A stretch of DNA of 64,000 nucleotides from Selaginella moellendorffii. Its lineage: Eukaryota > Plantae > Lycopodiophyta. Both the position numbers and the translations under genes were made by a program. How positions within the stretch are numbered: the first letter of the stretch is position 1; each line of letters begins with the position of its first letter. The stretch spans positions 1,929,544 to 1,993,543 of the forward strand of contig NW_003314269.1 in assembly GCF_000143415.4 (NCBI RefSeq), read 5' to 3'. Below, piece after piece: positions 36,101 to 48,372 of this stretch. The notes under the pieces are model-generated. The model did no database searches and was not told the DNA's origin. It worked only from the letters and a program-made list of their open reading frames with translations.

Positions 36101-39100
36101 CAGATGAAATTCACCGCGCAACTAGCAATGGATCAGCTGAAACTGAAGGCGGATCTTAAGAAACTGGGAGAGGAAGTGCAGGGGTTTACGAAGTACGGCG
36201 ATATCGATTCGTTTGAGGAACGGATACTTGTCGTTCAAGAGATTGAGGACAAGATTAAAAAGTACGGAGAACTTTCTGAGCTGTACAATAGTCGGGAACA
36301 GGTATTCGGCCTAACGGTTACCGAATACCCGCAAATCGAGCAGCTCGAAAAGCAATTTGAAATGTGCGGCGTTGTCTGGCACACTGCCGCGGACTTCCTT
36401 CGAGTTTTGCCACAGTGGATGGATGGTCCATTTGGTTCTATCAACTCCGAAGAGATGCAGCAAAATGTCGATAAGTGGTTCCGTGCTTGCGCGAAAAGCG
36501 TGAAGCAAGTCACAGGGGATGTGAAAATTGTTGCAGAGCAGTTGAAGAAAAAGATTGAAAGCTTTATGGTAAGAGTCTGTGGCTTGAGACAGATACTTGT
36601 ACTGACTGTCATGTTTTATAGGTGAACATTCCCATGGTCACTGCCCTTCGAAATCCTGGCATGCGAGATCGTCATTGGAAAAAGCTAAGCGACCAACTCG
36701 GATTTGAAGTAAAGCCCGGGCCAACTTTCACGGTCTCTGTCGCATTGGAATTGGGACTTCCCAAGTACATGGCAGTGATAGAGGATGTAAGTATCTTCTT
36801 CATGCGATACCAGCACTCTCATAACAAGGAATTGTCTCACAGATAAGTGAGTTCGCAAGCAAGGAGTACTCGGTTGAAGTTACCATCGACAAAATGCAAA
36901 ATGATTGGGTTGGAATGAAGTTTGATTACGTTATGTGGCATAACACGGGCACCTGCATTTTGCGTGGACTGGACGATCTTCAAATGCAACTGGAAGATCA
37001 TATTGCGAAAACGCAATCCATGCAGGCGTCCCCGTATGTAGGCCCGTTCGAAGATCGTGTCAAACTTTGGCTGGCCAAACTCAACCTGGTGCAAGAGGTG
37101 CGAATTTTAGTTCCTGTTCTCATTGTCTAATCTTCTAAGTTATCGATGTTTTAGTGAAGCTTGCAGACGCTAGATGAGTGGCTGGCTTGCCAGCAGCAGT
37201 GGCTCTATCTCGAGCCAATCTTCACGTCGGAGGACATCATGCAGCAAATGCCCGTTGAGGGAAGAAGATTTAAGGCTACCGATGCGTCTTGGAGGAGAAT
37301 TATGGACAAGCTGATGAAAAATCCTGAGGCTTTGGTTGTTGGAACGGACGAGGAAATCTTGAAGGGCCTCAAGGAGGGTAACAAGCAGCTGGACATGGTT
37401 CAGAAAGGTCTGAATGAGTATTTGGAAACGAAACGGTTAGCCTTCCCCAGGTACGATAGAAAAGCGTATATGGTTCACTCACTAATTCTTAAAGAATGTA
37501 GGTTCTACTTCCTATCAAATGATGAGCTCTTGGAGATATTGGCCGAGACAAAAGACCCTTTAAGAGTCCAACCTTTCTGTCGCAAAATTTTTGAAGGCAT
37601 AAGTCGTTTGGAGTTTCAAAAGAACCTTGAAATTACGGCGATGATCAGTGAGGAGGGAGAGAAGGTCGGCTTTGTTACCAAATTTAATCCGAAAGATGCT
37701 GCTGGTGCGGTGGAAAAATGGTTGACACAGGTAGGCTATGGTTTTGTTGGTTTCTCTAAGTGTTTCAAATAACAGGTGGAAATGGCGATGAGAGAAAGTT
37801 TACAAGATGTCACAAGAAGATCATATGAGGCATATCCCGTGTCAGACAGATTAAATTGGGTTCTTGTGTGGCCCGGACAGGTCGTTTTGTGCATTTCATC
37901 CCTCTATTGGACGTCCGAAGTTGCAGAAAGCATTAGGAAAGGAACACTCCAAACTTATGAGCAGAAGTGCACTCAACAACTCGAAGCTATCGTCAATAAG
38001 GTTCTTTTATTTTCAGATAAAGCACGGCTCATATTCTCTTACAGGTTCGTGGTAAGCTAACCAGCTTAGAAAGGAAAACAATCGGAGCTCTTATTGTCAT
38101 TGATGTCCACGCTCGGGATGTGGTTAAAAATCTTGCTGACGCCAACCTTTCCGAGGAAACTGATTTTGAATGGACAAGTCAACTGAGGTGCATTCTTCTT
38201 TGGATAAAATCTAAGTATCAACTGTGTCTTTCTTACAGGTACACGTACGAAGATGGTCTGGTCATTGTCCGTATGATTAATGCCTCGCTACCTTATGCGT
38301 ATGAATATCTAGGAAACAGCAGTCGCTTGGTTATAACCCCGCTAACTGATCGGTGTTACCGAACACTTATGGGAGCCTTGCATTTGAATCTGGGAGGTGC
38401 TCCTGAGGGACCGGCAGGTGCATTTTTTGTTTTGCTGAATTGTCATTGTTGTCTTTAACACTATAAGCAGGTACTGGCAAGACGGAAACTACCAAGGATT
38501 TGGCAAAAGCCATTGCAATGCAATGCGTTGTGTTCAACTGCTCAGATGGTCTCGATTACTTAGCCATGGGAAAGTTTTTTAAGGGTTTAGCTAGCTCCGG
38601 TGCTTGGGCTTGCTTTGATGAGTTCAATCGAATTGACCTGGAGGTAACTTTCGTGGCATACTTACACTTACAGTGAATTTGGTGTCGTTCAGGTGCTCAG
38701 CGTGATAGCTCAACAGATTATGACAATTCAAAGAGCAAAAGCAGCCGGTCTAAAGCAGTTTGAATTTGAAGGTGTGAAGCTTACGCTGAAAACAACATGC
38801 GCTGTGTTTATCACCATGAATCCGGGTTACGCTGGGCGTTCTGAGCTCCCTGACAATTTAAAAGCACTTTTTCGTACTGTGGCTATGATGGTTCCCGATT
38901 ATGCGTTGATCTCGGAGATAACACTGTACTCCTTTGGATATCTACAAGCTCGTGAGCTTGCTAGAAAGCTAGTTGCTACATATCGGCTATGTAGGTACAG
39001 ACAAATACTTTCTTGCACAAACTTTTCTTTGAAACTAAATTAACGTTGTGTGCAGTGAGCAGCTCTCTAGCCAAAATCACTACGATTATGGTATGAGAGC

Positions 39101-42100
39101 TGTCATTTCCGTGTTAAGGGCCGCAGGAAATGTGAAACAGAAGTTTCCTGATGAGAACGAAGGGGTCTTGATGCTGAAATCATTGAAAGATGTGAACTTG
39201 CCAAAGTTTCTTGCGCATGATATTCCTCTATTTGAAGGTATTCTCATGGATTTGTTTCCTGGAGTCGTTCTTCCATCTCCAGACTACAAGTTGATGGAGA
39301 TTGCTCTTCATAATGCGTGTAAGAAGCGCAATCTTCAGCCGACCCCTGTTTTCTTTGAAAAGGTACGTTGTTCATTGTAATCGGTGAGACCTTTTTTACT
39401 TCTTCAGTTTCGCAGATTTTTCAACTGTATGAGATGATTCTTGTGAGGCATGGGCTCATGATTGTCGGATACTCCTATGGCGCCAAAACCGAGTGCTATC
39501 GAGTGCTTGCTGCAGCTCTTACCGAACTTTGCAATGGCGGCATCATGGAGAACGTGACCAAGTGCTACTGCCTCAATCCAAAGTCTATATACATTGGTCA
39601 GCTTTATGGACAATTTGATCCCGTCTCTCACGAGTGGACTGATGGCATTCTCGCAAAGAGCTTTCGCAATGCTGCAGTTGATACGACACCAGATCGCAAG
39701 TGGATTCTGTTTGATGGTCCAGTTGACGCGGTATGAAACTGTATGCTGGCAGATCTGTTTTTTTTCTGATAAAAAGTTGCAGGTTTGGATTGAAAACATG
39801 AACACGGTTCTCGACGACAATAAGAAACTGTGCCTTATGAGCGGCGAGATCATTCAAATGACGAACTCTATGAACCTTATTTTCGAAGTGCAAGACCTTG
39901 CAGTCGCATCTCCGGCAACGGTTAGTCGCTGTGGAATGGTGTATACTGAACCAAGCCAGATCGGATGGGTGCCTCTGAAAGTATCATGGGTGAAGAAAAT
40001 GACCGATAACTTTCCCGGCATCGTGGAGGGGATAAAGATCGTCGAAGCCATGCTGGATTGGCTGGTGGAGCCGTGTCTGCAGTTTGTCAAGAAGCACTGC
40101 AAAGAAATAGTTGCGGCATCTCCAATCAACCTTGCAGCGAGCCTGATGAACATGTACGAAAGCTTCCTCGACGAGTTCAAGCAGGTGCCAAACGCTCCAA
40201 GAGCATCGACAATTGCGGTTCATATTCTTCCACTGCCTCGCGGCGACGACATGGTCAACTGGTTGCAGTGCCTCTTCATAACAAGTCTTATTTGGACAGT
40301 CGGTGCAACTGTTGACGTTGAAGGACGGGCGAAATTCGACGTGTTCTTTCGGAAGCTCCTTGCGAAAGAAGACGACCTTGGCTATCAGCTCGCTGCGGGG
40401 CTGGAGATTATGAAACCGTCCTTTGCAGTCGCGTTGCCTCTTCCGGTTACTGGCCCGTGCTACAACTTTGTATTCTGGAAGATCGAAAACTGCTGGAAAC
40501 AGTGGATGGACATCATTGACACAAGAGGACCATCTCTGGACGCGGAGTTTAACGACATCATTGTCCAAACAATTGACACTGGGAGATATTCGTATCTGCT
40601 GCAAGTCCTTGTCACTCATCAGAAGCATGTTCTTATTTCGGGTCCTACAGGAACAGGTTTGCCAACGTTCATGATTTTTTTCAACTTCTGATGTCTCTTT
40701 TTCTTGGTGTTCTCACAGGTAAGACCGTATACATCAAGAACGAGCTTACTGCCGGACTTGATAAAGCGGTTTATCGGAATATCATGATGACTTTCTCCGC
40801 GCAAACAAATGCAAACCAGACTCAGGTGCGTGCTTTGTTTCGTGTTTTTCTACGATATTTACGCTTACAATTTGTTCCAGGATATCATAGATGGAAAACT
40901 GGATAAAAGGAGGAGAGGTATTTACGGGCCCCCCTATGGAACGAGATGCGTCATTTTTGTTGATGATCTAAATATGCCTGCGCTCGAAGTTTATGGTGCT
41001 CAGCCACCTATTGAAATATTACGGCAATGGATGGATCATGGTGGATGGTACTGTCTTTTGCATCTTTTTCATTGTTCTTACATTTTGCTCATTACATTGA
41101 AACAGGTATGATAGAGCGGAGCTTACATTCCGCCAGCTGATTGACATTCAGTTTGTGTCGGCCATGGGTCCGCCTGGAGGTGGTCGTAATCCTGTTACGC
41201 CTAGATATCTCAGGCATTATGTTGTTCTTACTATCCTTGACTTCGACGATGCTACATTAGCAACGGTCTTTAACACAATCATGGCATGGTGGGCAAGGAA
41301 GTCACGGTTATCGACTGATGTAAGTCGCCTCCTTTTTACTTTCCAGCAGCCACTGATTTGTGCTTCATCTGCATACAGATAGGCGGCATATTAAACCTTC
41401 TTGTTCTTGCAACGATCGACATTTATCGATCTATCCAAAAGGAGCTACTGCCTACGCCACCCAAGTCTCACTATACATATAATATGCGAGATCTGTGCAA
41501 GGTTTTCCAGGGGATTTCAATGATAGGAGTTGCTCTGGAAGAGAAAAAGAATCTCGTCCGCCTTTGGGTTCATGAATGCCTGCGGGTATTTTATGACAGG
41601 CTAATCTGTGACGAGGACCGTGATTGGTTTGTCAAGTATGTGCAAAACAGGATTGAGTCTCGTTTGCAGCTTAAATGTGACTACGTTTTTGGCAACTATG
41701 ATTATGCCAATTCCATCCGAAACGTAATGTTTGGCGATGTTATGGATACGACTAACTTTCCAAAGAGGTATGTATATCTTTGCTGGCATTTCGCATTTTG
41801 CTTAAGCAACTGTTTCGCAGGTATGAAGAAATATATGATGCGAAAAAGCTGCTCACGTTTATGGAGGAGCAACTCGCTGAGTTCAACTCTCAAACGAGAA
41901 ATCCTCTCGTCTTGGTTCTTTTTGCGTATGCTGCACAGCACGTTTTGCGTATCAGTCGAATTCTTCGACAACCTTATGGAAATGCTTTGCTAGTAGGAGT
42001 GGGAGGAGTAGGCCGCCAATCCCTCACCAAACTGGCCACTTCCATGGCGAGTTATATGCTGTTCCAGATACAAATTAGCAAGCTTTATGGTTTTATGGAA

Positions 42101-45100
42101 TGGAGAGAAGACCTGAAGGTTTGTCTCTTTTCTCTTTCTTTCTTGCTTTTCTGTTCAGTGATGTACAAGATATGAATGTTGCAGGTGGTTTTGAAGAAGT
42201 CTGGGGGTGATAACAATGCCACTGTTTTCGTCTTCAGTGATACTCAACTCAAAGAAGAAAGGTTTCTCGAAGATATAAACAATATTTTGAACACTGGAGA
42301 GGTATGGTAGCTGTAACCAGTTTCCTGACAGCCTCAATCTTTTCTGGTTTCCTTTCAGGTGCCAAATCTTTACCCGAAAGATGAGATTTTGCCTATCTTG
42401 GATTCCGTGAGGGTCCGTGCTAAAAAGGCAGGAGTAGAAGGCACACAGTCGGAACTTTACATGTTTTTTGTGGAGCAATGCAAGAGAAATCTGCACATGG
42501 TTATTTGCATGAGTCCATTTGGTTCGTCATTTCGAACAAGGCTCCGCATGTTTCCATCACTTGTCAACTGTTGTACCATTGACTGGTTCACGGAGTGGCC
42601 TGCAGAAGCTCTTAAATCCGTTGGCACGCGTTTCCTCTCAGTCGTAAGTTTTGCTTTCGAAGTTTGATTTTCTTCGGTGCTAATCTATCGCTGTTTCAGC
42701 TGGAGTTTAATGAGGATTATATATTACCTGGAGTCATAGACATGTGCATGGCATTTCATCAGAATGCTAGTGACTTGTCTGATACCTTCTGGCAAGAGCA
42801 GCAACGGCATTTTTACGTGACCCCGACTTCATTTCTGGAGCTCCTCAACACATACAAGTCTCTGCTTGGGGAGAAGAGGTTGCAGATTAACACAATCAAA
42901 TTCAGATACGTGGTATGTTTCCGACTACGTGCTCGTGCACGTAAAGTTATCCTGCTGTAACCCCCATTCATTCTATTACTGTCACACAGATGGGACTTGA
43001 GAAGCTGCTGGGTGCCGAAGGCCAAGTAAATGTAATGAAGAAGGAGCTTGAAGCTCTTCAGCCCATCTTAATCAAAACTGCCGAAGAAACAGATGCACTT
43101 CTTGTCACCATCGATAGAGATCGGAAGGAGGCCGAGGCAACACGTAAGATTGTGGAGGCCGAGGAAGCCATTGCCAATGTCAAGGCTTCAGAGGCGAAAG
43201 CAATCAAAGAAGATTGTGAATCAGAGCTTGCTGTGGTAAGTACTCTGCAATTGCTACTTGCACTTGGATTTATAATCTGATGCATGTAGGCTATGCCAAT
43301 GCTGGAAGCTGCTCTCTCTGCGTTGGATACTCTTACAAAAGCAGATATCACAGAAGTCAAGGCCATGAAAAATCCACCGGCACCTGTGAAAATTGTCATG
43401 GAAGCCTGTTGTTTGATGAAAGGGGTAAGAATCGATGTAATTTTACATACTGAACTAAGAAGATTTTGTCCAACAGGTTAAGTCGAGGAGAATACCTGAC
43501 CCAAACAGCCCGGGAAAGAAAATTGAGGACTATTGGGGTCCTGCGCAGCAAATGCTTGCGGACACAACTTTCCTTCCGTCATTGAAGGAGTATGATAAAG
43601 ATAACATCCCTCAGGCAATAATTGATAAGATACGGCCATACTTGCAAAGAGCAGAGTTTGATCCAGAAGTTGTGAAAAAAGCATCTAAAGCTGCCTATGG
43701 ACTTTGTTGTTGGGTGCGAGCAATGGAAAGCTATGATAGAGTGGCCAAGGTACGTCAAGGAGTATATTTGCAAGCTTCTTTGCTCATTGCTTTTCTTTCT
43801 TACAGGTTGTGGCGCCAAAGCGGGCGAAGCTGCAAGCAGCCACTGATGAGTTTAACGAGCTTCAAATAGCTTTGACAGCAAAGAAGGAAATGCTGAGGCA
43901 GGTAGAAGAGAAGCTGGGAAAGCTTCAGAAACAGCTTGACGCCATGGAAGCTAAAAAGGCGCAGCTAGAATCGGACGTTCAAAACTGTCAAAAGGTGAGA
44001 GGCATTTTACTGTTGATGGCATTTGAGCACTAACGTCGTTCTGTTTTGCATGCAGAAACTTTCACGCGCAGAAAAGCTTATAGGTGGTCTTGGAGGGGAG
44101 AAGGCAAGATGGACAAGTGTGGCAGAGGAAATGGGAAAACTCTATCTGGATTTAACTGGAGATGTCCTCGTTGCATCTGGATACATTGCTTACCTTGGAG
44201 CTGTGACGCTAGCTTATCGGGAGAGACTACTGGATTCCTGGGTGACAATGTGCAAGGAGAAGAACATCCCTTGTTCTCCGATCTTCAAGCTGACCACAGT
44301 CCTGGGCAATCCTGTGGCAATCAGAGACTGGGTGATAGATGGTCTGCCGAACGACGGGTTTTCGATAGATAACGGGATCATTATGGATAATGCCAAGCGG
44401 TGGCCGCTTTTGATTGATCCTCAGGGACAAGCGAATAAGTGGATAAAGGTACGAGTTTGTTTCATAAACTTGTTCTAAAGTTCAGCGTCCTTTTGCAGAC
44501 GATGGAGAAGGCAAAAAATCTTCAAGTGGTAAAGCTTGCAGATGCGGACTTTGTACGAAAGCTGGAAAATTGTATCAACTTTGGGTATCCTCTTCTCTTG
44601 GAAAATGTTGGCGAAGAGCTTGACCCAACATTGGAGCCAGTTCTCACCAGAGCCGTTTTTAAGATGGGAGGTTCGCTTCAAATTCGCATTGGTGACAACA
44701 CAATTGAGTACAACGAAAGTTTCCGGTTTTACATTACGACAAAACTCCGGAACCCGCACTATATGCCAGAGGTATGCTCAATTTACAGCTTGAATCAGAG
44801 TTTTGACTAAGGTGGATTTTAACTGCAGGTGTCCGTCAAGGTGACGCTGCTCAACTTCATGATTACTCCTGAAGGGCTTTCAGATCAAGTTCTCGGCATG
44901 GCTGTAAAGAACGAACGCCCAGATCTTGAGGAAGAGAAAACACAGCTTGTGCTGCAAGGAGCAGAAAATCAGAGGCAGCTTAAGGACATTGAGGATCGAA
45001 TTATCGAGGTGAGGGAGAAGTGACTCTGTTGAGGATATAACCAACTAAATTCCTTACAGGTGCTTTCAAGCTCCGAAGGCAATATCCTAGAAAATGAAAC

Positions 45101-48051
45101 TGCTATCAACATTATTTCTTCGTCCAAGGTTCTGTCCATTGAAATTGCGGAGAAGCAAAAGGTGGCAGAAAAAACAGAAGCAAAGATTGATGAAGCCCGT
45201 AAGGGATATGTTCCCGTTTCTGTGCATGTGTCGTGCCTATTTTTCACGGTCTTGAGCCTGTGTAATATTGATCCTATGTATCAATATTCTCTGACTTGGT
45301 AAGCTGTCTTTCTTTTCAGTGCAGCATCTTATTTGCTTGCTACCTGTGCAGGTATCTCAACCTTTTTCAGCAGGCAATGAAAGACTCCGAGAAATCGGAC
45401 GTGCTTGACAAACGGATAACCATTCTCAATGACTTCTTCACGTTTTTGCTCTACTGCAGTGTCTCAAGAAGCGTTTTTGAGAAGGACAAACTACTCTTGT
45501 CCTTCTTAATCTGTACCACTCTCATGGAGAAGGATAAGCAGCTGAACGCCGAAGAGTTCAGGTTTCTAATTGCTGGCTCTGTAATTATGGAGCGAGATCC
45601 TCCGAAGAATCCATCAAAATGGTTGGCAGACAAGCTCTGGCTTGAAATGGTTCAACTTTCCAAGTTTCCAGCGTTTGCGGTACGTTTTTGTGAACTTCTT
45701 TTCGCCGGCTAACACGTCCTTGACAGGGTTTTAGCAAATTCTTTCAAGAAGATTCAGAGAGGTGGAAACATATTTATGACAGTCCTCAGCCTCACAAAGA
45801 ACCACTTCCTGGAAACTGGGGTACAACCCTCAATCCGTTCCAGAAACTACTTGTCTTGCGAGTGATACGGCCAGACAAAATTGTTACGGGTATCAACACG
45901 TTTGTTCTGGAGACAATGGGTCAGAGGTATGTTGAGCCTCCAGCATTCGACTTGGAAGGTGCATATAAGGACTCGACTCCAGTTGTTCCGCTCATTTTTG
46001 TACTTTCGCCTGGATCGGACCCAATGGCAGCTTTGCTGAAGTTCGCAGAGGAGATCAAACAGGAGGTAGGACATTTTTACTGTCTTTGATCCACTTTTTC
46101 ACGTATACTTGATACTCACAGGTTCAAAGTATTTCACTTGGACAAGGCCAAGGCCCAAAAGCTTCTCAGATGATACAAATGGGAATGCAACTTGGTTTCT
46201 GGGTGGTGCTACAAAACTGTCATTTGGCAGCTTCATGGATGCCACAGCTAGAGCGTATATCAGAAGGCATGAGTCCGGATACCACGAATGCGGGATTTCG
46301 GCTGTGGCTAACAAGCTATCCAGCTGAACACTTCCCGGTGGCTATCCTGCAGAGTGGTATCAAGATGACTAATGAATCTCCGAAAGGATTGCGAGCAAAC
46401 ATGCTCCAGGTTTGGCCATCTTTTTCGACAGTTTCCTGTAATGCAACTTTTTGCTGGAATGCAGAGTTACCAGAGCTATCCCATCAGCGACCCGGCCTTT
46501 TTCGAGTTCCAAGGAGAGAAAGGACCTGTGTGGAGAAAAATGTTGTTTGGCCTGTGCTTCTTCCATGCGTCGGTACAGGAACGTGTCAAGTTTGGGCCGC
46601 TTGGCTGGAACATTCCTTACCAGTTCAGTGATCCTGATCTCAAGATCAGTATGAGACAGTTACAGGCATTTTTGATCGAGTTTCCGGACGTCGTTCCGTT
46701 TAAGGTGAGCAAAAGCTTACCTCAGCAAGATTACTCATTTGTGATGTGTTTTCAGGCACTTGTGTATCTCACGGGTGAATGCAACTACGGAGGTCGAGTA
46801 ACAGATGCACACGACAGGAGAACTCTCATGTCATTGCTGGCCGTTCTGTATACTCCGGAGATCCTGGAAGACGATTATGCTTTTTCGCCATCCGGTATCT
46901 ATTATGCGCCCCCGGATTTCGAATACGACGAGTACATCGAGCATATAAAGCAGTTTCCGTTGATAGCATCCCCGGAAGCTTTTGGTTTGCACGAGAATGC
47001 GGACATCACCAAAGATCAGCAAGAAACTGATCTCCTGTTGTCCTCAATTCTCTCAACACAGGTAACAAGGAATTCACATCTTGCAAACAAAACTTACACG
47101 TATGTATACGTTTTGTGATGGCAGAGTAGCACTTCGAGCGGTGGTGGCCAGAGCAAGGAGGAAGTTCTCCTGGAGCTGGCCAAGGACCAGGCCAGTAGGA
47201 TCCCGCCGCCTTTCGACATAGAGCTGGCTCGCTACCGCTTTCCGGTGAGGTACGAGGAGAGCATGAACTCGGTGCTTCACCAGGAGATGACCCGCTACAA
47301 CAACTTAACCGAGGTACCCTTGATCTAAGCATTGTTTCCTCACACTTGCAGGCTTTGTCTCCAGGTGATCAGAACAAGCTTGCACACGCTCCAGCGGACG
47401 CTCAAGGGCCTGGTGGCCATGTCCTCCGACATCGAGAAGCTGGCCAACAGCATGTACATCGGCAAGATCCCGGCGATGTGGGCCGGGAAGTCGTATCCAT
47501 CGCTCAAGCCGCTGACGAGCTACGTCGCCGACCTCCAGCAGCGCCTCAACATGCTCCAGGTGTGGTCGGAGCGGGGTCCTCCGCCGCAGTTCTGGATCAG
47601 CGGCTTCTTCTTCACGCACGCATTCCTGACGGGCGTGCTCCAGAACTACGCGCGCAAGTACAAGATCCCCATCGACAACGTGTGCTTCGAGTTCAAGTGC
47701 CTGCCGGCGAGCCTGGAGCAGGACAAGAAGCCCGAGGACGGGTGCTACATCTACGGCATGTTCCTCGAGGGCGCGCGCTGGGACTTTGAGAAGATGATGC
47801 TGGCCGAGTCGCTGCCAAAGGTTTTGTACTCGCCGGCTCCCAAGATCTGGCTGTCGCCGTGCGAGGTGTCCAAGAAGAAGGAGTTCCCGTGCTACCACTG
47901 CCCGCTCTACAGGACGGCCGAGAGGCGCGGGGTGCTGGCCACCACCGGGCATTCTTCCAACTTTGTGTTTAATGTGGAGCTCCCCACGGACATGCCGCCG
48001 GATCACTGGATACGAAGAGGGGTCGCCATGCTTCTCCAGCTCAGTGATTAA
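33141..48051 (+). CDS. Axonemal inner-arm (single-headed) dynein heavy chain, DNAH3/7/12-like motor
   Basis: Dozens of short introns. [12 protein letters not shown]; WLYLEPIF; [17 protein letters not shown]; AAA1 GPAGTGKT and CFDEFNRI; [19 protein letters not shown]; AAA3 GPTGTGKT; AAA4 GVGGVGRQS; [12 protein letters not shown]; WVVLQNCHL; C-terminus [15 protein letters not shown]. Start is approximate. Confidence 0.96.
35605..35704. other. Assembly gap (100 N)
   Basis: Run of N inside a dynein exon. Confidence 1.
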
Positions 48052-48372
48052 GCTATCTTTCTCTGTATTTGTTTGTACAAATGTATCAGATTCATGATTT
48101 GGTTACGTATGATTAACTGCATAAGGAAAGACAAACCTCTGAGCAATGCAATACTACACACACAAAAGAGAAAGAACTAGAATTTAGAACAGGAAAAACA
48201 GCTATGATTATTTACAATTGTCAAACAATACAAAACACTATTTTCTGTAGTACATATTGCCAACATACCAAAAACCAACATCTGTGGCAACCCTGTGGAG
48301 GGAAAACTTGTTGGGAATTCACGACAGGGTATTTGAAAGAGTCGTGTGACAATCCAAAACACGCATTCAAAG

